Notes: generated by a model from the sequence alone, not told the origin. A DNA stretch of 64,000 nt from the human T2T-CHM13v2.0 reference genome, Homo sapiens (GCF_009914755.1 NC_060925.1), one strand, 5' to 3'. Shown: positions 1 to 19,480, counted from the first letter of the stretch. A program made the numbers and translations.

Positions 1-1410
1 CCGAAAGCCGAGCACATGGTGTTAAGCCTGAATGGTTTGAGGATAATATCTGCATGGGTGGGGGTGGGTCACTGCAACCATGGGATATTACACACATAGA
101 ATTGATCGAATAAGGAAATATGTTCAAAGTAATGGGAACCAGGTTTCTAACTTTTAGAGAAGGAAGTTACCGATATGGAGAAGGAGAAAACTAGAATGAA
201 CCCTAATGGTGTTAGATTGGCTAAGAGATATTACTATAATCTCTTGGTTTTCAACATATATTGATAGATGTAGCATGTGTCGATGTATACACATATGCTT
301 AGCTCTGTCCACTGAGAGGGCCTGGAAATCGACATCCCAATAACAGTGAGCACACTCAGTGTCCAGTTGTTGGTTTCTAAATATAATTAGTTCTGCTGTA
401 ACATTTGTTTTGCATCATGAGTTTATTTCAGTGCAGTTAATAAGTTAAGAAGCAGGTGAAATACAATGTAAATTTTACATTTATTTCTGCATGATTTTGT
501 GTTTGAGAAACACTAGGTGAACTCAGGATACTGTATGTAGCTGAACCGAGCTGTGTAGAAATACACAAAATGCATACATGTGCACACCTCACACATCTAC
601 CAGCTACTTCAGTTACTGCTTGTGTTATTTGTCACACTCATTTACAACTGGTGTAAACTTTCCCTGATTTCATATAGCTAGCCCTCTGCACTACTTCACA
701 ATAATCCATAAACTAAAACCCTTCTGACACCCACTTCCACAAGCAAACTTCAGGTCTTTTTCAAAAGTAAAATGCCATGTTTATTATGGTATTTATGTAT
801 TTCTTAACCTTTAACATTTATAAAACTGTGATACCATTTTTATTAGGTTCCTATTTTTTTATGTGCCCTGATGAAGGTTTGTAGTTTTGTGCTTCTAACC
901 CCACTTTTCTCATAAGCCCTGTGGTTTTATTGAATGACTTTGCATAGTGCAGTGATCTTTAGGAAGATGTATGTCACCTTGTAGATCTGACTGAACCTCT
1001 CTTCATTAAAACAAATCAGAGCTCCTTGAAGAAGGTACTCAGGAGCTCTTCCTGATTCCAGGGCTGGGAGAGGGTCAGAGTACCTCCTCACAAAGTGCTT
1101 ATTAATTACAAGAGGAAAACAAATTAATTTATAGTGGAGATGTCTCCCACTTAAGTCATCACCTTAATCAAGAGATCACAGTCACCAGTAATCAAACAAG
1201 TCTGTCATGTGCCATCTGATTAAATGCAGTGTGAAGAATAGAGCATCACTTCTGTGATATTCCTGCCAAAGATGCATAACTTAAATCCAATCAGGAGGAA
1301 TCATCAGACAAACCTGAATTGAGGCGCATTTTACAAAATAACTGTCTTGCAATCTTCTGAAGTGTAAAGGTTAAAAAATCAAAGAAAGATTGAAGCTGTG
1401 TTTCAGATTG
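1..1410 (+). mobile_element. Old L1 3' region (L1MC/MD-like), interrupted by a Tigger
   Basis: Degenerate L1MC-type motifs (gggaaccaggtttct, cctgattccagggctggg, catcacttctgtgatattcctgccaaa). Confidence 0.55.
385..995 (-). mobile_element. Tigger13a-like DNA transposon
   Basis: agttctgctgtaac terminus at left; ttctcataagccctgtggttttattg...gactg at right resembles the reverse of the recalled consensus start. Confidence 0.55.
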
Positions 1411-2290
1411 CCACACTTGTCATTTTCTAAGTTTTAAAATTATAGCCATCCTGGAGGATATGACGTGATATCTCATTGCAGTTTTTATTTGCATTTATCG
1501 TCTGGGTAATGCTGTTGAGCATATTTTCATATGCTTATTAGCCATTTTTATTTCTTCTTTGGGATAAGTCTATTCACATCCTCTGCCCATTTTAAAATTG
1601 TGTAGTCTTTATATTATTGCATTATAAGAGTTCCTTATAAATACAAGTCCTTCGTCAGTTGTATTGGCAAATATTTTCTCCCATTCTATGTTTACCTTTT
1701 CATGTTATTGATGGTGTCCTTTGAATAACAAAAGTTATAAATTTTGATAAAGTCTAATTTATCTCATTTTTCTTTCATTCATTGTGCTTTTAATGTCATA
1801 TGTAAGAGAGGTTTGTCTTATCTTCAGTCATGAAGATTTTCTTATTTTTATTTTCTAAGAGCAATGTAATGATAGCATTGTGGGTGATACTTAGTAATGA
1901 AAACGATACTGGAAAAAGAGGAAGGTCTTTGCTCCATTTTGAATTAATTTTCGCACATGATAGAAAGACTCTCCCTTCATTCTTTTGCATATGATATTCA
2001 GTTGTCCCACCACCATTTGTTGAAAAGACTAGTCTTTCTCACATTGAATTATCTTGTCACCTTTGTTGAAAATCAGTTGAACACAAGTGTGAGAGTTTAT
2101 TTCTGGACTCTCAATTCTTTTTCGTTGACCTATGTTTATTCTTACATCAGTACTATGCTATCATGATATTATAGCTTTATGGTAAGTTTTAAAATCAGGA
2201 AGTATTAATTCATCAACTTTACTCTTCTTTTTCAAAATTATTTTGGCTCTTTTGGGTTCCTTGCATTTCCATATGTATTTTAGCATCAGC
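1411..2290 (-). mobile_element. L1M (MB/ME-like) ORF2-end fragment
   Basis: Typical antisense L1 text: tatctcattgcagttttt, caccatttgttgaaaagact, ttccatatgtattttag. Confidence 0.75.
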
Positions 2291-2626
2291 TAAAATTTAA
2301 TCTATCTTTCAAAGTAGGGGTGACATTTCAACAATAAGTAAGAAAGTATGTTTTTCAAAAGTATACTAAATGGAGACAGCACTTTGGAAATGGGTATTTG
2401 GAAACGGGATTTTGTTGTTGTTGCTGCTCCTGAAAAATACACACATAAATCCTTCTGCCTCTACAATAAAAAATTTGGAAACAACTTTTTAGATTTTAAA
2501 AGATCTCACAAATGAAGAATGTCAGTGGATTTTGAATACATCAGAAAAAAACTAAAGATGCAGCTAATGCTATTGGTTTGGAACAGCAACTGATGGCTTT
2601 CAAAGAAGATGGAAAGTTACTAGGCC

Positions 2627-2933
2627 TTTTTTTTTTTTTTTTTTAAAGAGTTAAGGTCTTGCTCTTTGTCCATGCTGGAGTGCAGTGGCCCAATCATGGT
2701 TCACTGCATCACTACAACCTCAAACTCCTGGGCTCAAGAGAGCCTTCCGCCTCAGCCTTTTGAGTAGGTAGGACTACAGGTGCACACCACCATGCCTGGA
2801 TAATTTTTACAAATTTTTTTGTAGAGATAGAATCTTGCTGTGTTGCCCAGGCTGATCTAAAACTTCTGGCCTCAAGCGATCCTTCTGCCTCCCAAAGCAC
2901 TGGGATTGCAGGTGTGAGTCCCCACCCCTGGCC
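2627..2933 (-). mobile_element. AluJ-like
   Basis: polyT followed by reverse Alu dimer, diverged. Confidence 0.9.
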
Positions 2934-3232
2934 TCACTGTCTTTTTGCTTATTCTCTGCTCTGTGGTATAAAGATATTGTTGAAAATGTAAAAAAAAAAA
3001 AAAAAAAAAAAAAAAAGCCTGTACATACCCCTATGGGTTATAGTGATAAGAAAAAGAGGAAGCCTTTATGTTGATGTTGATATGTAGTAGAGAAAGCCCA
3101 GCTATTGGAGAAACTGGATAGTAGTTTAAATGTGAAATGTCTTACAGAAGAGTATGGTGTTGGAATGACCACCATACATGTCCTAAAGAAATAGAAGGAT
3201 ATATGTATACATATATATGAACATATAGAAGG

Positions 3233-3233
<1 letters not shown>

Positions 3234-3267
<34 letters not shown>
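3234..3267. repeat. (CA)n microsatellite
   Basis: About 16 CA units seen directly. Confidence 0.95.
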
Positions 3268-3268
<1 letters not shown>

Positions 3269-3546
3269 TATTCAGCCACATTTAAAAAAGAATGAAATCC
3301 TGTCCTTTACGGCAATATGGATGGACCTGCAGGCCATTGTGTTAAGTGAAATAAACTAAGCACAAAAAGATAAATATAGCATGTTCTCATTCATATGTGG
3401 GAGCTAAAAAAATAGATCTTATGAAAATAAGGAATAGATTTGTGGTTACCAGAGACGGGGAAGGGGAGGAGGGGATATGAAGGGAAAATAAATAATATAA
3501 AAGTATTTATTACCACTGAAGTATACACTTAAAAATGGTAAAGATG

Positions 3547-3837
3547 GACCAGCCATGGTTGCTCATGCCTGTAATCCCAGCACTTGGGAGGCCGAGGTGG
3601 GTGGATCATTTGAGGTCAGGAGTTCAAGACCAACCTGGTCAACATGGTGAAACCCCATCTCTACTAAAAATGCAAAAATTAGCCAGGCATGGTGGCGCAT
3701 GCCTGTAATCCCAGTTACTCAGGAGGCTGAGGCAGGAGAATAGCCTGAACCCAGGAGGCGGAGGTTGTAGTGAGCTGAGACGGCGCCACTGCACTCCAGC
3801 CTGGACAACAGAGCGAGACTCCATCTCAAAGAAAAAA
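3547..3837 (+). mobile_element. AluS-like
   Basis: Full Alu dimer. Upstream TSD aaaaatggtaaagatg; downstream copy displaced to ~7405-7420. Confidence 0.92.
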
Positions 3838-3841
3838 GGTA

Positions 3842-7410
<3,569 letters not shown>

Positions 7411-9589
7411 GGTAAAGATGGCAAATTATGTATGTATATTTTACCTCAATAAAACATGAAGAAGAAACAGAAATATAAACTGTTGAAGTTCTGTGGTGAA
7501 CGTTATGAACAGAAGTTAATTAAAAATAGAAAAACTGCATAAAGCTAAAAATGAATTATCTTGATCATACATTGTAAGAGTGGACCCATCAGCATTCCAG
7601 TGAATACATGCCATTTAATGGTATGCTGTTCATAAAACAAGCAAAGATCTTTCATGGTGGACTAAAAATTAAAGGGAACTGTGAACCAAAAAATTAAGGG
7701 AACAGGCTGGCCTTAACTTTTTAAAGATTTGTGGTGAATGAGCATCTGCTGATCACAAAGCAGCAGAGAAATTGACTAGTTTTCCAAGGGATCGCTGATG
7801 AAAATCAGATACCAGAACAAGTCTATAATGCTAATGAAACATTACTGTTTGGTGTTATTGCCCCAGAAAGACACTGACTACAGCTGATGAGATAGTTCCT
7901 ATAGGAATTAAGGATGCCTATGACAGAGTAACTCTACTGGGATGTACTAATACAGCAGACATGTATAACTATAAACTTGCTGTGATAGTAAAAAGCTTGC
8001 ATCTTTACACTTTTTTTAAAGAATGAATTTCTTGCCAGTCTATTCTTATGCAACAAAAAGGCATGGATCACCAGCGACATTTTTTCTGATTGGTTTCACA
8101 AACATTTTACACGAATGACTTGCGTTCACTGGGAAGCTGGACTGTATGACAACCGGAAGATTTTGTTATTCCTTGACAGCTGTTCATCCTCCAGCTGAAA
8201 TTGTCATCAAAATAGTGTTTATGCCGTGGAATTCCCCTCAAATGTTCATTAATTCACCCATGTGACCAAGGTATATTTAGATTAATGAAGAATAAATATA
8301 AAAACACTGTCTTGAACAGCATGCTAGAAACAGTGAACAGAGGCATGGATGTGGAAGGTTTGCAGAAGGAGTTTAGCATGAAGGATGCTGTGTATGCTGT
8401 TGCCAATACTGGGAACACAGTGACTAAAGACACAGTTGTGCATACTTGGCATAATCTCTGGCCTGTGACTATTTTCAATGATGATGATGAACAAGGTGGT
8501 GACTTTGAAGGATTTTGTATGTCAAGTGAGGAAAAAATGATATCTGACCTCCTTACATATGCAAAAAGTATACCCTCGGAGTCTGTGGGTAAGCTGGAAG
8601 AAATGGATATTGAAGACATTTTTAACATCAGTACTGAGACTCCAGTTGTTCATTTGTTGACCAGTGGTGAAATAAATGTTTCTGAATCAAGGTGATTGTG
8701 ATAAGAGCAATGATGAAGATGATGATGTTTAACACAGTAGAAAAAGTGCCCATATGTGACATGGCAAAAATATGTGATGGGCTTATTGAAGGACTAGAGC
8801 AGCATGCATTCATAACAGAACAAGATATATTGGTCAGCTTATAAAATTAAAGAGTGACTTCTAAATCAAAAACTGTTGCTAATGAAGCAGATGACTCTGG
8901 AGGAAACACTTTAAAAAGCCATCCAGCAGATGTGTCCTTATCCCTAGAGGACCCACTTCCTGGTCCCTCAGTTGCTTCCAATATTTTATCTCACCTAAAA
9001 AAATAAAATACTGTGTACACAATAACCCTTTAATCAAAACATAGAATTGTAGGTTGTTGCTGTTGTCTAACAGCTGATACAGATATTCTGGTGATGCTAC
9101 TGTGTTTTTACCGTGAATGCATTATTTTTCACTTTGTTAATGGTATGCCTTAATTTTTCCTGATAAGTACTTATGTGTGAATATGTGTAAGAGAGTGATT
9201 GCTTGTCATTATAGTGTATAAATTCAAAGTTGGGATTGATGGTGATGCCAAACAACCACAGATCATTTACATGGGTGGCTGAGCTAGTGACACCTTTGCT
9301 TTCTGATTGTTCAGTGTACACAAGCTGTTTAATGCGCAAAATTATTAAAAATATTGTATAAAATTACCTTCAGCCGATGTGTGTAAGTTGTATATATAAA
9401 ACATAAGTGAATTTCATGTTTAGACTTAGATTTTATTTCCAAGATACCTCATTATATATATGCAAATATTCCAAAATCCAAAAAAATTCCAAACCTGAAA
9501 CACTTCTAGTCCCAAGCATTTTGGAAGAGGGTACTAAACCTGTAATCTTTTTTTTTTTTAAACTGTTAAAACTTTCTTGTTATTTTTGT

Positions 9590-10204
<615 letters not shown>

Positions 10205-10621
10205 CTTATGGATAATTTTTTATGTGCAGGAACTGTTATAAGAATTTTACAAGCATTGCCTCCTTTAATCCTCGCAACAGTGCTATGGATGAGGTAAGTG
10301 CAGAGAGTAAGTGACTTGTGTGAGTGCTCAGTGAATGGAAGAGCTAGGATTTAAACCTGGCTGGTCTGGCTCTAGTCATTTTTTTATATCCACAGTATAG
10401 TCTGCCAAATTCCAAATTAACTTTACATTTGCCTCAATGCCAGCCAATCTAATCTTCTTACTAACTTGCTCATGCATTATGCTGGACTGATTTCAGTATT
10501 CTGTTCTAAGTCAGTTATGCAAACTATTTTCCTTATTTGTTTATATCTCTTCTCTCTGACTACTAGATCTTTCTTAGCCTCCGAAAATCTAGGTCAAGTT
10601 CCATCTACAACTACTTTCAAA

Positions 10622-10948
10622 TACAGTTGTCCTTTGGTATGTGTTGAGGGTTGGTTTCAGGACTCCCCTCAGATATCTATCAAAATCTGTGGGTGCCCAT
10701 GTTCCTTATATAAAATGGCATAGTATTTACATATAACATAAGTACATTTTCCTGTATGTTTTAAATCTTCTCTGGATTACTTATCATACCTTATGCAATG
10801 TAAATACTATGTAAATAGTTGTATTGTTTTTAAATTTGTATTATTTTTTATTTTCTTTTTTTTCCAAATATTTTCGTTCTGCAGTTGGTTGAATCTGAGG
10901 TTGGTTGAATCCAAGGATGGGGAACCCATGAATATAGAGGGCTGACTG
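10622..10948 (+). mobile_element. MER2 (Tigger-type MITE)
   Basis: cagttgtcctttggtat...ggttggtttcaggac...gagggctgactg termini. Confidence 0.75.
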
Positions 10949-12910
10949 AATATGCTCCCTTTTTTCTGAACTTTTTAGTGTATTGGTAGTACTGTGAGTT
11001 TTACCATTTCATCATTCTCATTTTCTTTATGGTGCTAACATATTTTTCAAGAAGACAGTCAGTTCTTTGGTGCAGAAATTTAAGAGACAGTAGGAAAAAA
11101 GAAAAAACAAAAGACACCGAGATATATAGAGTTTAACTGGCTGTGGTCTTATAAGTTATCATTAATGGATTTAAAGTAGAACTTAACTTTTCTTTTCCTG
11201 GTCCACTATCTCTGTCATCATTCCCTCCTGCCTCCCAATTTAGTAAATTTTGATTCAGTATTTGTTGTCTTATTTAATATCTGCATTTGTTGGTAATATA
11301 GACATACCCTAATGCTATGAGACCAATGAGGCAATAATGTGCACATTTCCAAAAAAATGCAACCTAGGCAAGTAAGAGATATTTTCTGTACAGATTGGTG
11401 CTGATGGGAAGGATTGAAATTAATATTAGCAAGAATGAAGATAGTTTTGGTAAATCACATTACTTTTCTGATGCACAGAGTGTATTTTGATGTCATTAAG
11501 GAAAGAAATGCTGAATCTGGTACATAATAAACATGCAGTAGACATTATTTGGGTATGTTTGATTATCAAATATAATTCTAAGTAGTAATACACTTTTGTG
11601 CTTCTAGCCCAGGCTTGAGATGTAAACTAAAGGGAAGAAATATAATTTCAAAAAGTATTTTAGAAGAAATTGTCGTCACAATCATAAGTGAGTTATTGTA
11701 AAGTATTTCTAACATTAAAAAAAAACCTTTTGTGAAATTGTAATTTAAAATAAATTGTGGAGAATAAGTTCAGAGTTCTGGTGGCTTAAAAGTAAAAACA
11801 TGTATTTGTTCTGGAGAGGAGAAATGATTTCAGGGAGAAAAAGTACAAATGAAAATCAACAATAAGTACATTTTCATTTTGTATCCCTAACTTAGCATCT
11901 ATTTTTTATGCCTTATTATTTCTTACATTTGGGGTGAAATAGTGAAACAGTGATCTATAAATTTATTATTTTTGCTTCCTAACTCCATTTGACAAAAGTT
12001 TTATTCATACCCTGGCTTAATGTAGGTTTTGTTACCAGATAATTACATTTGTCCCATATATGGTGACCATAGTCATGATGCTACATAAAACTTCTGATGG
12101 TGAAGCTATAAAGACATGCTCAGCTCAAAAGACAAAAAGTAAATTCTGAAGGACATCCTCTTTTTCCTTCTTTTCTCGCTCTCTCCATTCCTCACTTGAC
12201 CAAGTTCTTGTTAGAGCCTACAAATGGCTATTTGGATTTAAAAGGGGGAGGGGAATCCTACTAATTGAGTTCCAGACAAGTTCTGTTTGTTACTTTTCAG
12301 TAAGAAAGAAGTTTTTGTAGTAAACTTTCCAGCTTAAAAGCAATATAATCAGAAGAGTTTTAATAATGAGTAAAAGCTCCCACTCACTCCCTTCAAAATA
12401 AAACCATTATAGTAGGAAGCTGAGTTTAGATATCATAGGCATAACTGTTAGAAAATAATTGAAATTTTGTTCATTAGAATAGTAACAGGAATTAATTGCT
12501 GTTTTCAAGCGAGAATAAACTGTTGAAGGATGGATCTGTTCAGTCATTTTGATAGTGTAGGAATTTTTAAAATACATAAACTGGTGATCCTTAGTGCATT
12601 CTCTTTTCTTGCAGGATTCCTATAGCATGGGTAAAATAGTTTATTCTAACATTGTCTAAAGTAGCAAAAAAAAGTAAATTTTAAATAATATGAAATGGAA
12701 TAAACTCTAGAACATGTAGGTGAAAGAACATTATGAAGCTGTTAAAATTATGATTTTAAAGAGTATATAATCTGGGAAAGTATACCTCACAAAATATTAC
12801 ATAAAAGGATATTTTACACACAGATTATTACCCTGATTCTGTACAGTACGTACACATGCATATGTATTAATAGAAAAAATACGCCAGTATAGTGGCTGAG
12901 ATTGTCATGA

Positions 12911-13263
<353 letters not shown>

Positions 13264-14224
13264 CACAAGAAACTTTTTAAACAAATTTTCAGTTAAACTG
13301 AATGAGTAGAGGTTTGACCTAAAACTAAGATTTACTATAGAGTTTTTTTTTTTTAGTTTGAGTGCTGTGTCAATTCTAGAGACTACATATTATGTCCTGT
13401 TCATATCTTTCTAGGAGGATTTGCTTCATTCATAGACGATTTATAGGTTTCTGAACTTTATGTACCAAAAATAAATGGTCAGAATTGATGCTTCTGTAGG
13501 AGACCCTCAAGTCCCATAATGGCATTTATTTCTATTATAATCTTTTGGGGAATGCCACGTGAGTGGCATTTAGATTGAAAACATGAGTACAATTAGATTT
13601 ATGTAATTCTCTGTGACTGTGAGAAGGATTTTTGTGAGGAGGATTTTGTACAATGAAATGATAATAATCAGCCCTTGCATTCTGCAGGATTTAGGAATGC
13701 CACCCTTTACCAAAGTTAAGTAGAAAATATTAAGTGTAGGGCTAGTGAGTCTGAGGAGCACATAAGCACCTGAAGAGAATTTCATTTATGCTAAGAAGTT
13801 TACTCCTTTGCATTTAGCTGTAAATTGTATAATAAAGTTGCCTAACTAAGGTTTTACTATCTCAACTCCCCTAAACACATGTTGTGTTTTACCTGGTAAC
13901 AGATATCCTAAATGTAGGTAGAAATTAATTCACCTCCATGTACTACTTTAGGTTATAGAAATGCTTATTGGGTTCTTTCATTGCAAGCAACTGAAGTTGG
14001 ATGACAAAGTAAAATGGGCATTTATTGAAGGATGTTATGGTGGCACATAGAATTGAAAGAACAGAATATTCAGATCAATTCAAAAGAAAAAAGTAGGTCA
14101 ACTTTGGTGCTCCCAGCAGTGCAATGCATGAACTTATTTGTGGAAGAATGTTTCTCAAATTGTCTGCAGCAAAAAAAAATCTATATCTGTTTTTTTTTAA
14201 CTCAATATTTTTTCGTTTTTTAAA

Positions 14225-14570
14225 ACATACATTTTTAATTTTTGTGGGCATGTAGTAGGTGTATATAGTTATAGGGTACATGAGATGCTTTCATACAGGG
14301 ATGCAATGCATAGTAGTCACATCATGGAGAATGAGGTATCCATCCCTTCAAGCATTTATCCTGTGTGTTACAAACAATCCAATTATACTCTTTTAAGTTA
14401 TTTTTAAATGTACCATTAAATTATTATTGACTATAGTTACCATGTTTTGCTATCAAATAGTAGGTCTTATTCATTATTTCTGTTTTTTTGTGTTTTTTTT
14501 TTTTGTATCAGTTAACCATCCCCACCACCCCCTAACCTCCCCCACTACCCTTCCCAGCCTCTGGTAACCA

Positions 14571-14607
<37 letters not shown>

Positions 14608-15100
14608 CATCTGTGTCCATTTTTAGATCCCACAAATAAGTGAGAACCTGCAATGTTTGTGTTTCTGTGCCTGGCTTATTTTGTGTAACATAATGATCTC
14701 CAGTTCCATCCATGTTGTTGCAAATGACAGGATCATATTCTTTTTTATAGCTAAATAGTACTCCATTGTGTATACGTACCACATTTTCTTCATTCATCTG
14801 TCAATGGACATTTAGGTTGTTTCCAAGTCTTGGCTATTGTGAACGGCTGCAACAAACATGGGAGTGCAGATATCTCTTCGATATGCTAATTTCCTTTCTT
14901 TTGGGTATACCCAGCAGTGGGATTGCTGGGTCATGTGGTAACTCTACTTTTAATTTTTTGAGGAACCTCCAAACTGTTCTCCGTAGTGGTTGTACTAATT
15001 TACTTTCCCATCAACAGTGTATGAGGGTTCCCTGTTCTCCACATCCTTGCCAGCATTTGTTATTGCCTGTCTTTTGGATATAAGCCCTTTTAACTGGGGT
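14225..15100 (-). mobile_element. L1MA-type 3' end with internal (CT)n at ~14575-14603
   Basis: gggtacatgagatg...tccagttccatccatgttgttgcaaatgacagg...acccagcagtgggattgctgg. Confidence 0.85.
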
Positions 15101-15331
15101 GAGTCTGTATTTTTTCTCTTAAATAATTATTTTGGTTTTGAGCTTATTACTGTGTTTATACATAAATACTGGTTAATTTTGATAGTTTCATTATTTCATT
15201 AGTCAGCATATCTCTGTAGTTGTCTTTGACATAGCCTTTTGCTTCAGTGCTCAGCTACCTTCCTGTATTTTGTTTTATGTTTTTGTCTTCTGAAAATTTC
15301 CCTTTCTTTCAGTTACATGTTTAAAGAGATG

Positions 15332-15692
15332 ATGTTTTAGTTTGGGCTTCTACAGCAGATTACCATAGATAGGTTGGCTTAAACAGCAGACAGTTATTTT
15401 TCATGGTTCTGGAGTCTGGAAGTGTAAGATCAGAGTGCCAGCATGGTTGGTTCTGGTGAGGGCTTCCTTCCTGATTATGTCCTCACATGCCATTTCCTTG
15501 ATTTGTGCATGTGGAGAGAGATCTCATGTGTTTTTCTCTTTTTAATTTAATCATAAGGGCTCTATCCCCACGGCCTCATCCAAACCTAAATAACTCCTAA
15601 AGGCCCCACCTCCAAATCTCATCATATTGGGGATTAAGTCTTCAAGATATGAAGGGAGGCTGGGGAGACACACAGTCATTTAGTCTGCAGCA
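15332..15692 (-). mobile_element. MLT1A-like MaLR solo LTR
   Basis: ggcttaaacagcagaca...ttctggagtctggaagt...ttctggtgagggc. Confidence 0.7.
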
Positions 15693-16439
15693 GATGGTTT
15701 TTAAATTTTATCCAACATTTTTAGATGTTTTGTGCTATGAAGGTTGCTCAGAGTATCTAATTTACTTTGTTTCCAGAAATGAAAGTCTCAGTCTCTTCAA
15801 CCTCAACTAAAAATAACTTTGTTTAAAAATGCACCAGATTATTTTACTCCCCTGCTTACTATCTTTTAAAGTGTTACATGGCCCCTTCATCTGGCGGTCC
15901 CTCTCTCTTCAGCCTCATTTTACATTACTTTCTCTTTCATTTGGTATTGTTAATCACTGTTGGTTTTCTTTCCCAAGTCAACCTTGCTCTCAACTCCCGC
16001 TTATTATTATTTTTCCTGCCTCACATCCCTCAGCTCCTTCTTTATATCTCAACTGAAGTGTTTCAGAGACTTTCTGGATCTTTTTATAATGGGTTAGTGC
16101 CTGTCGATGTGCTCCCCTAGCATTCTGTGCCTTCCTATTTATTACATACATTGATTGTTCTTCTAATTACTTCTTTACGTCTGTTTTCTCTCAAAGCACA
16201 GGGAATGTGTTTGCCTCCTTCATCACTATATCCTTAGTTAATAAATAGCATGGTGCCTGGCATATAGTAGACACTTTAAAAATATTTGCTGTTGAATATA
16301 TAACATTGATATTTAAGATTCATTATTACCCTATCGTATGAATTAAGTAGCTCAGGTAGTGGTATTACAATTAAGTCATTCTCTTGATTAAGTTTGAATT
16401 GGTTTTTTTTTTAATTTGTCTTTAGGCCCTAGACATTTT

Positions 16440-18110
16440 GAATTAATCTGATTTTGTATGAAATAATTTTAAACTTACAGAAAAGTTGCAAGAATATTAC
16501 AGAAGAGTTCATATATACTCTTTACCCAGCTTTCCTTAATGTTAAAACGTACTCAATCGTAGTGCAATTACCAGAACTAGGAGATTAACATGTTGGTATA
16601 GTATTACTGACTCAACTACAGACCTTACTCAAGTTTTACCAGGTTTTTTTCTTCATGTCCTTCTTGGTGCCAGGAACCAATTCAGGATCTCACGTTGCAT
16701 TTGGTTGTTGTGACTCTTCAGTATCCTTCACTCTGTGACACTTCCTTAGTCATGACTTTAACACTTTGATGCGTATTGTGCTTTGATAATTGATTTGTAC
16801 AATATCTAAGTTTATTTCTGCCTGATGTTTTCTCATTTTTGGATTCAGGTTGTGCCTTTTTGTCAAGAATACCAGAGAAGTGATGTTGTGTCCTTCATAG
16901 TGCATTTTTTTCAGGGGGTACCTGTAGTTGCTATGTCTTATTTTATTGGTAGTATTAACCTTGATTACTTGTTTAAAGTGGTGTCTGCCAAGTTTCTCCA
17001 TGGTAAAGTTACTGTTTCTCCCTTTGGATTGATAAATATCTTCTTGTTCCTCAAACTTTGACCCATTGATTTCTATTATCTATGGATGGATCTTGCTCGC
17101 AAGGGTTACTACTGTGGTATTTGCCTAGTGGTAATTCTATATTTTTCTCATTTCTTCTACATTTATTAATTAGAATTATTCTATAAGGAAGAGCTGTTCT
17201 TTCTCACACATTTATTCAGTTATTTATTTATTCATATCAACATGGGCCTTTGAATATGTGCTTTATTCTATGGATTATAATCTAGTACTGTTACTGTCAT
17301 TTATTTTATTGCTTTGGTCATTGGGAGCTTCTTCAAGTTGGAAGAATTTATGTCATTTTGATCTGCCACCATTCTTTTGGGAAAGTTTCTTATTTTCTGG
17401 TATCTTAAGGTATTCCAGGCTCACCTTGTATTTTCCCTGACCCAGCCCTGGAAATCAACTTCGTCTCCTAAGACCCCTGACTCCTTTTATTTGGAGAATG
17501 TTATTTAGGAACCAAGATCTGAGTGCTAGACTTATTGTTACTAGACTATTATTGCTGCTAGACTCTACCAGCAGAGGAGCTAAGAAATATGTGTGTGTGT
17601 GTGTCTGTCTGTCTGTCTTTGTGTATGAACTTTGTATACACACTGATAAGGTTTGGCTCTGTGTTCCCACTCAAATCTCATCTTGTATCTCCCATAAATC
17701 CCACTTGTTATGGAAGGGACCAAGTGGGAGATGATTGAATCTTGAGGGCAGGTCTTTCCCATGCTCTTCTCATGATAGTGAATGGGTCTCATGAGATTTG
17801 ATGGTTTTAAAAAACAGAGTTTTTCTGCACAACCGCTCTTTGCCTGCTGGCATCCGCGTAAGATGTGACTTGCTCCTCCTTGCCTTTCACCATGATTGTG
17901 AGGCCTCCTCAGCCATGTGGAACTGTAAATCCAATAAACCTCTTTCTTTTGTAAATTGCCCAGTCTTGGGTATGTCTTTATCAGCATCATGAAAACTGAC
18001 TAATACATACACATATCTGTATTTCTATATCTATTTGCATATATATTAACAACCATGAGTTCACACTGTTAACCTCTGATTTTACTCTATCACTCTATCA
18101 TACAAATTTT
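16440..18110 (-). mobile_element. L1MC/MD-like 3' region interrupted by a THE1 LTR
   Basis: aaacttacagaaaagttgcaa start; ccaggctcaccttgtattttccctgacccagccctggaa; accaagatctgagtgct. Confidence 0.65.
17644..18007 (+). mobile_element. THE1 (MaLR) solo LTR
   Basis: TGATAAGGTTTGGCTCTGTG start, ...AAACTGACTAATACA end, internal AATAAA, near-perfect 5-bp TSD cacac/tacac. Confidence 0.9.
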
Positions 18111-19480
18111 ATTGTAGCTCCCCAGGGTACAGTTCCCCAGTACCCTTTCTCCTATTCTGTACTTGAAATTTACCTGATATTCCTTGTATCAAGAGATAGA
18201 GACTAGTAAATAGTCAATCATTTAATGTGTTGAATATGCTCAGGGTTATGTTGGTCAGTAATGTCTCTGAAAAGGGTTATTTAAGAGGGTGGCAGATGAC
18301 TAGGGAGAAAATGTGACTATGAATGTTGGGATTTGGGAAAAGAGATGGTTTGGGGATACTTGGGGAAAAAAAATGTTCAGACGGGAGAACAAACATCATG
18401 TATTAAGGTCCAGAGATAAGGAAAGTATGGCTGCTCCCAGGAACTGAAAATTGCTCAGGATAGCTATATAGGTTGAGATATCAGATGAATTAAAGCTGAA
18501 GAGAAGTAGCACTGACTCTTGTAAGACTTTATAAACTATGTTGCAGGGTATGAACAGTATCCTAAGAACAACAGAGAGTTACTATTTTAAGCTAAATAAT
18601 TATATTCCCTTTCCTTTCACAATGGAAAACCATTTTTAGCATAACTCTTTGTTATTAGACTTAAAATGTAAAATTGTACTCATACTTATTTGTATCTCAT
18701 ATAATGCTACAAAGGTTTTGACATAACATTTTCTTTGAAGGAGAGTCCCAAGGAAAGGAATTTAGTCATTCTTATGAGTCAGTGAATGTGTGTCATTGAA
18801 ATACTCAGGATTACTTTCTCCCTTTTCTAAGATGGCATGTTTTCTTTTCCTTTTTCCCTCCATGTTTTGCTTTAAGAGCAATGCAGCTATAAAGTATGCT
18901 TCAGTTGCTTAGATGATAAATTTGTCTATATGTAATTAAGAGCCAAAACTGTGATTTTACATTAGAAATTAGTTAAGGTTTATTAATCGAATAGAATGTG
19001 TTCTGTTTTCCTCAAGAAAATAGAGATTTTACCACTTGTCCAGATCTTCTATTTAAATATATAATCACTAAACTTTTTTTAAAAATTGCATTTTCATAGT
19101 CAGTTGTTTCCTTAATTTCATTGTTTTATATACATTTGCTTTGTTCTGTCATCTTTCTCAGTATGATTCTGTGATGTATTTTATCAATTTTCTTTTAGTC
19201 ATTGGAAGAGTGTCTTTATCAGACAAACAAGTGGCTGCATTTCTGGTCTAATTTGAAGAATACTGAAATGTCCCAGAATATAGAGGAAGAGAGAAGTATA
19301 TAAAACCCTGGCTTTGAGGGAATTTGAGCTAAGAACTTAATTTTCTTTATTTGGTTATGTTGCTGTGAAATCAGAATAAAAGAGAATATTGCAGGAATTT
19401 TGCAACAAAGATGTAGTTTATGGATGTTAAAGAATTAACAAAGGATAACCCATATCTGGATTTTTTAATACTTTTTTTAA

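Noticed and set aside
8285-8695. 136-aa ORF as a domesticated TIGD/JRK-like gene
   Set aside because: It is a surviving stretch of a transposase broken by stops, frameshifts and a 4-kb nested insertion.
12595-12640. 16-nt microexon (cttgcag|GATTCCTATAGCATGG|gtaaaa)
   Set aside because: Weak donor, frame-shifting length and not needed for the XPR1 reading frame.
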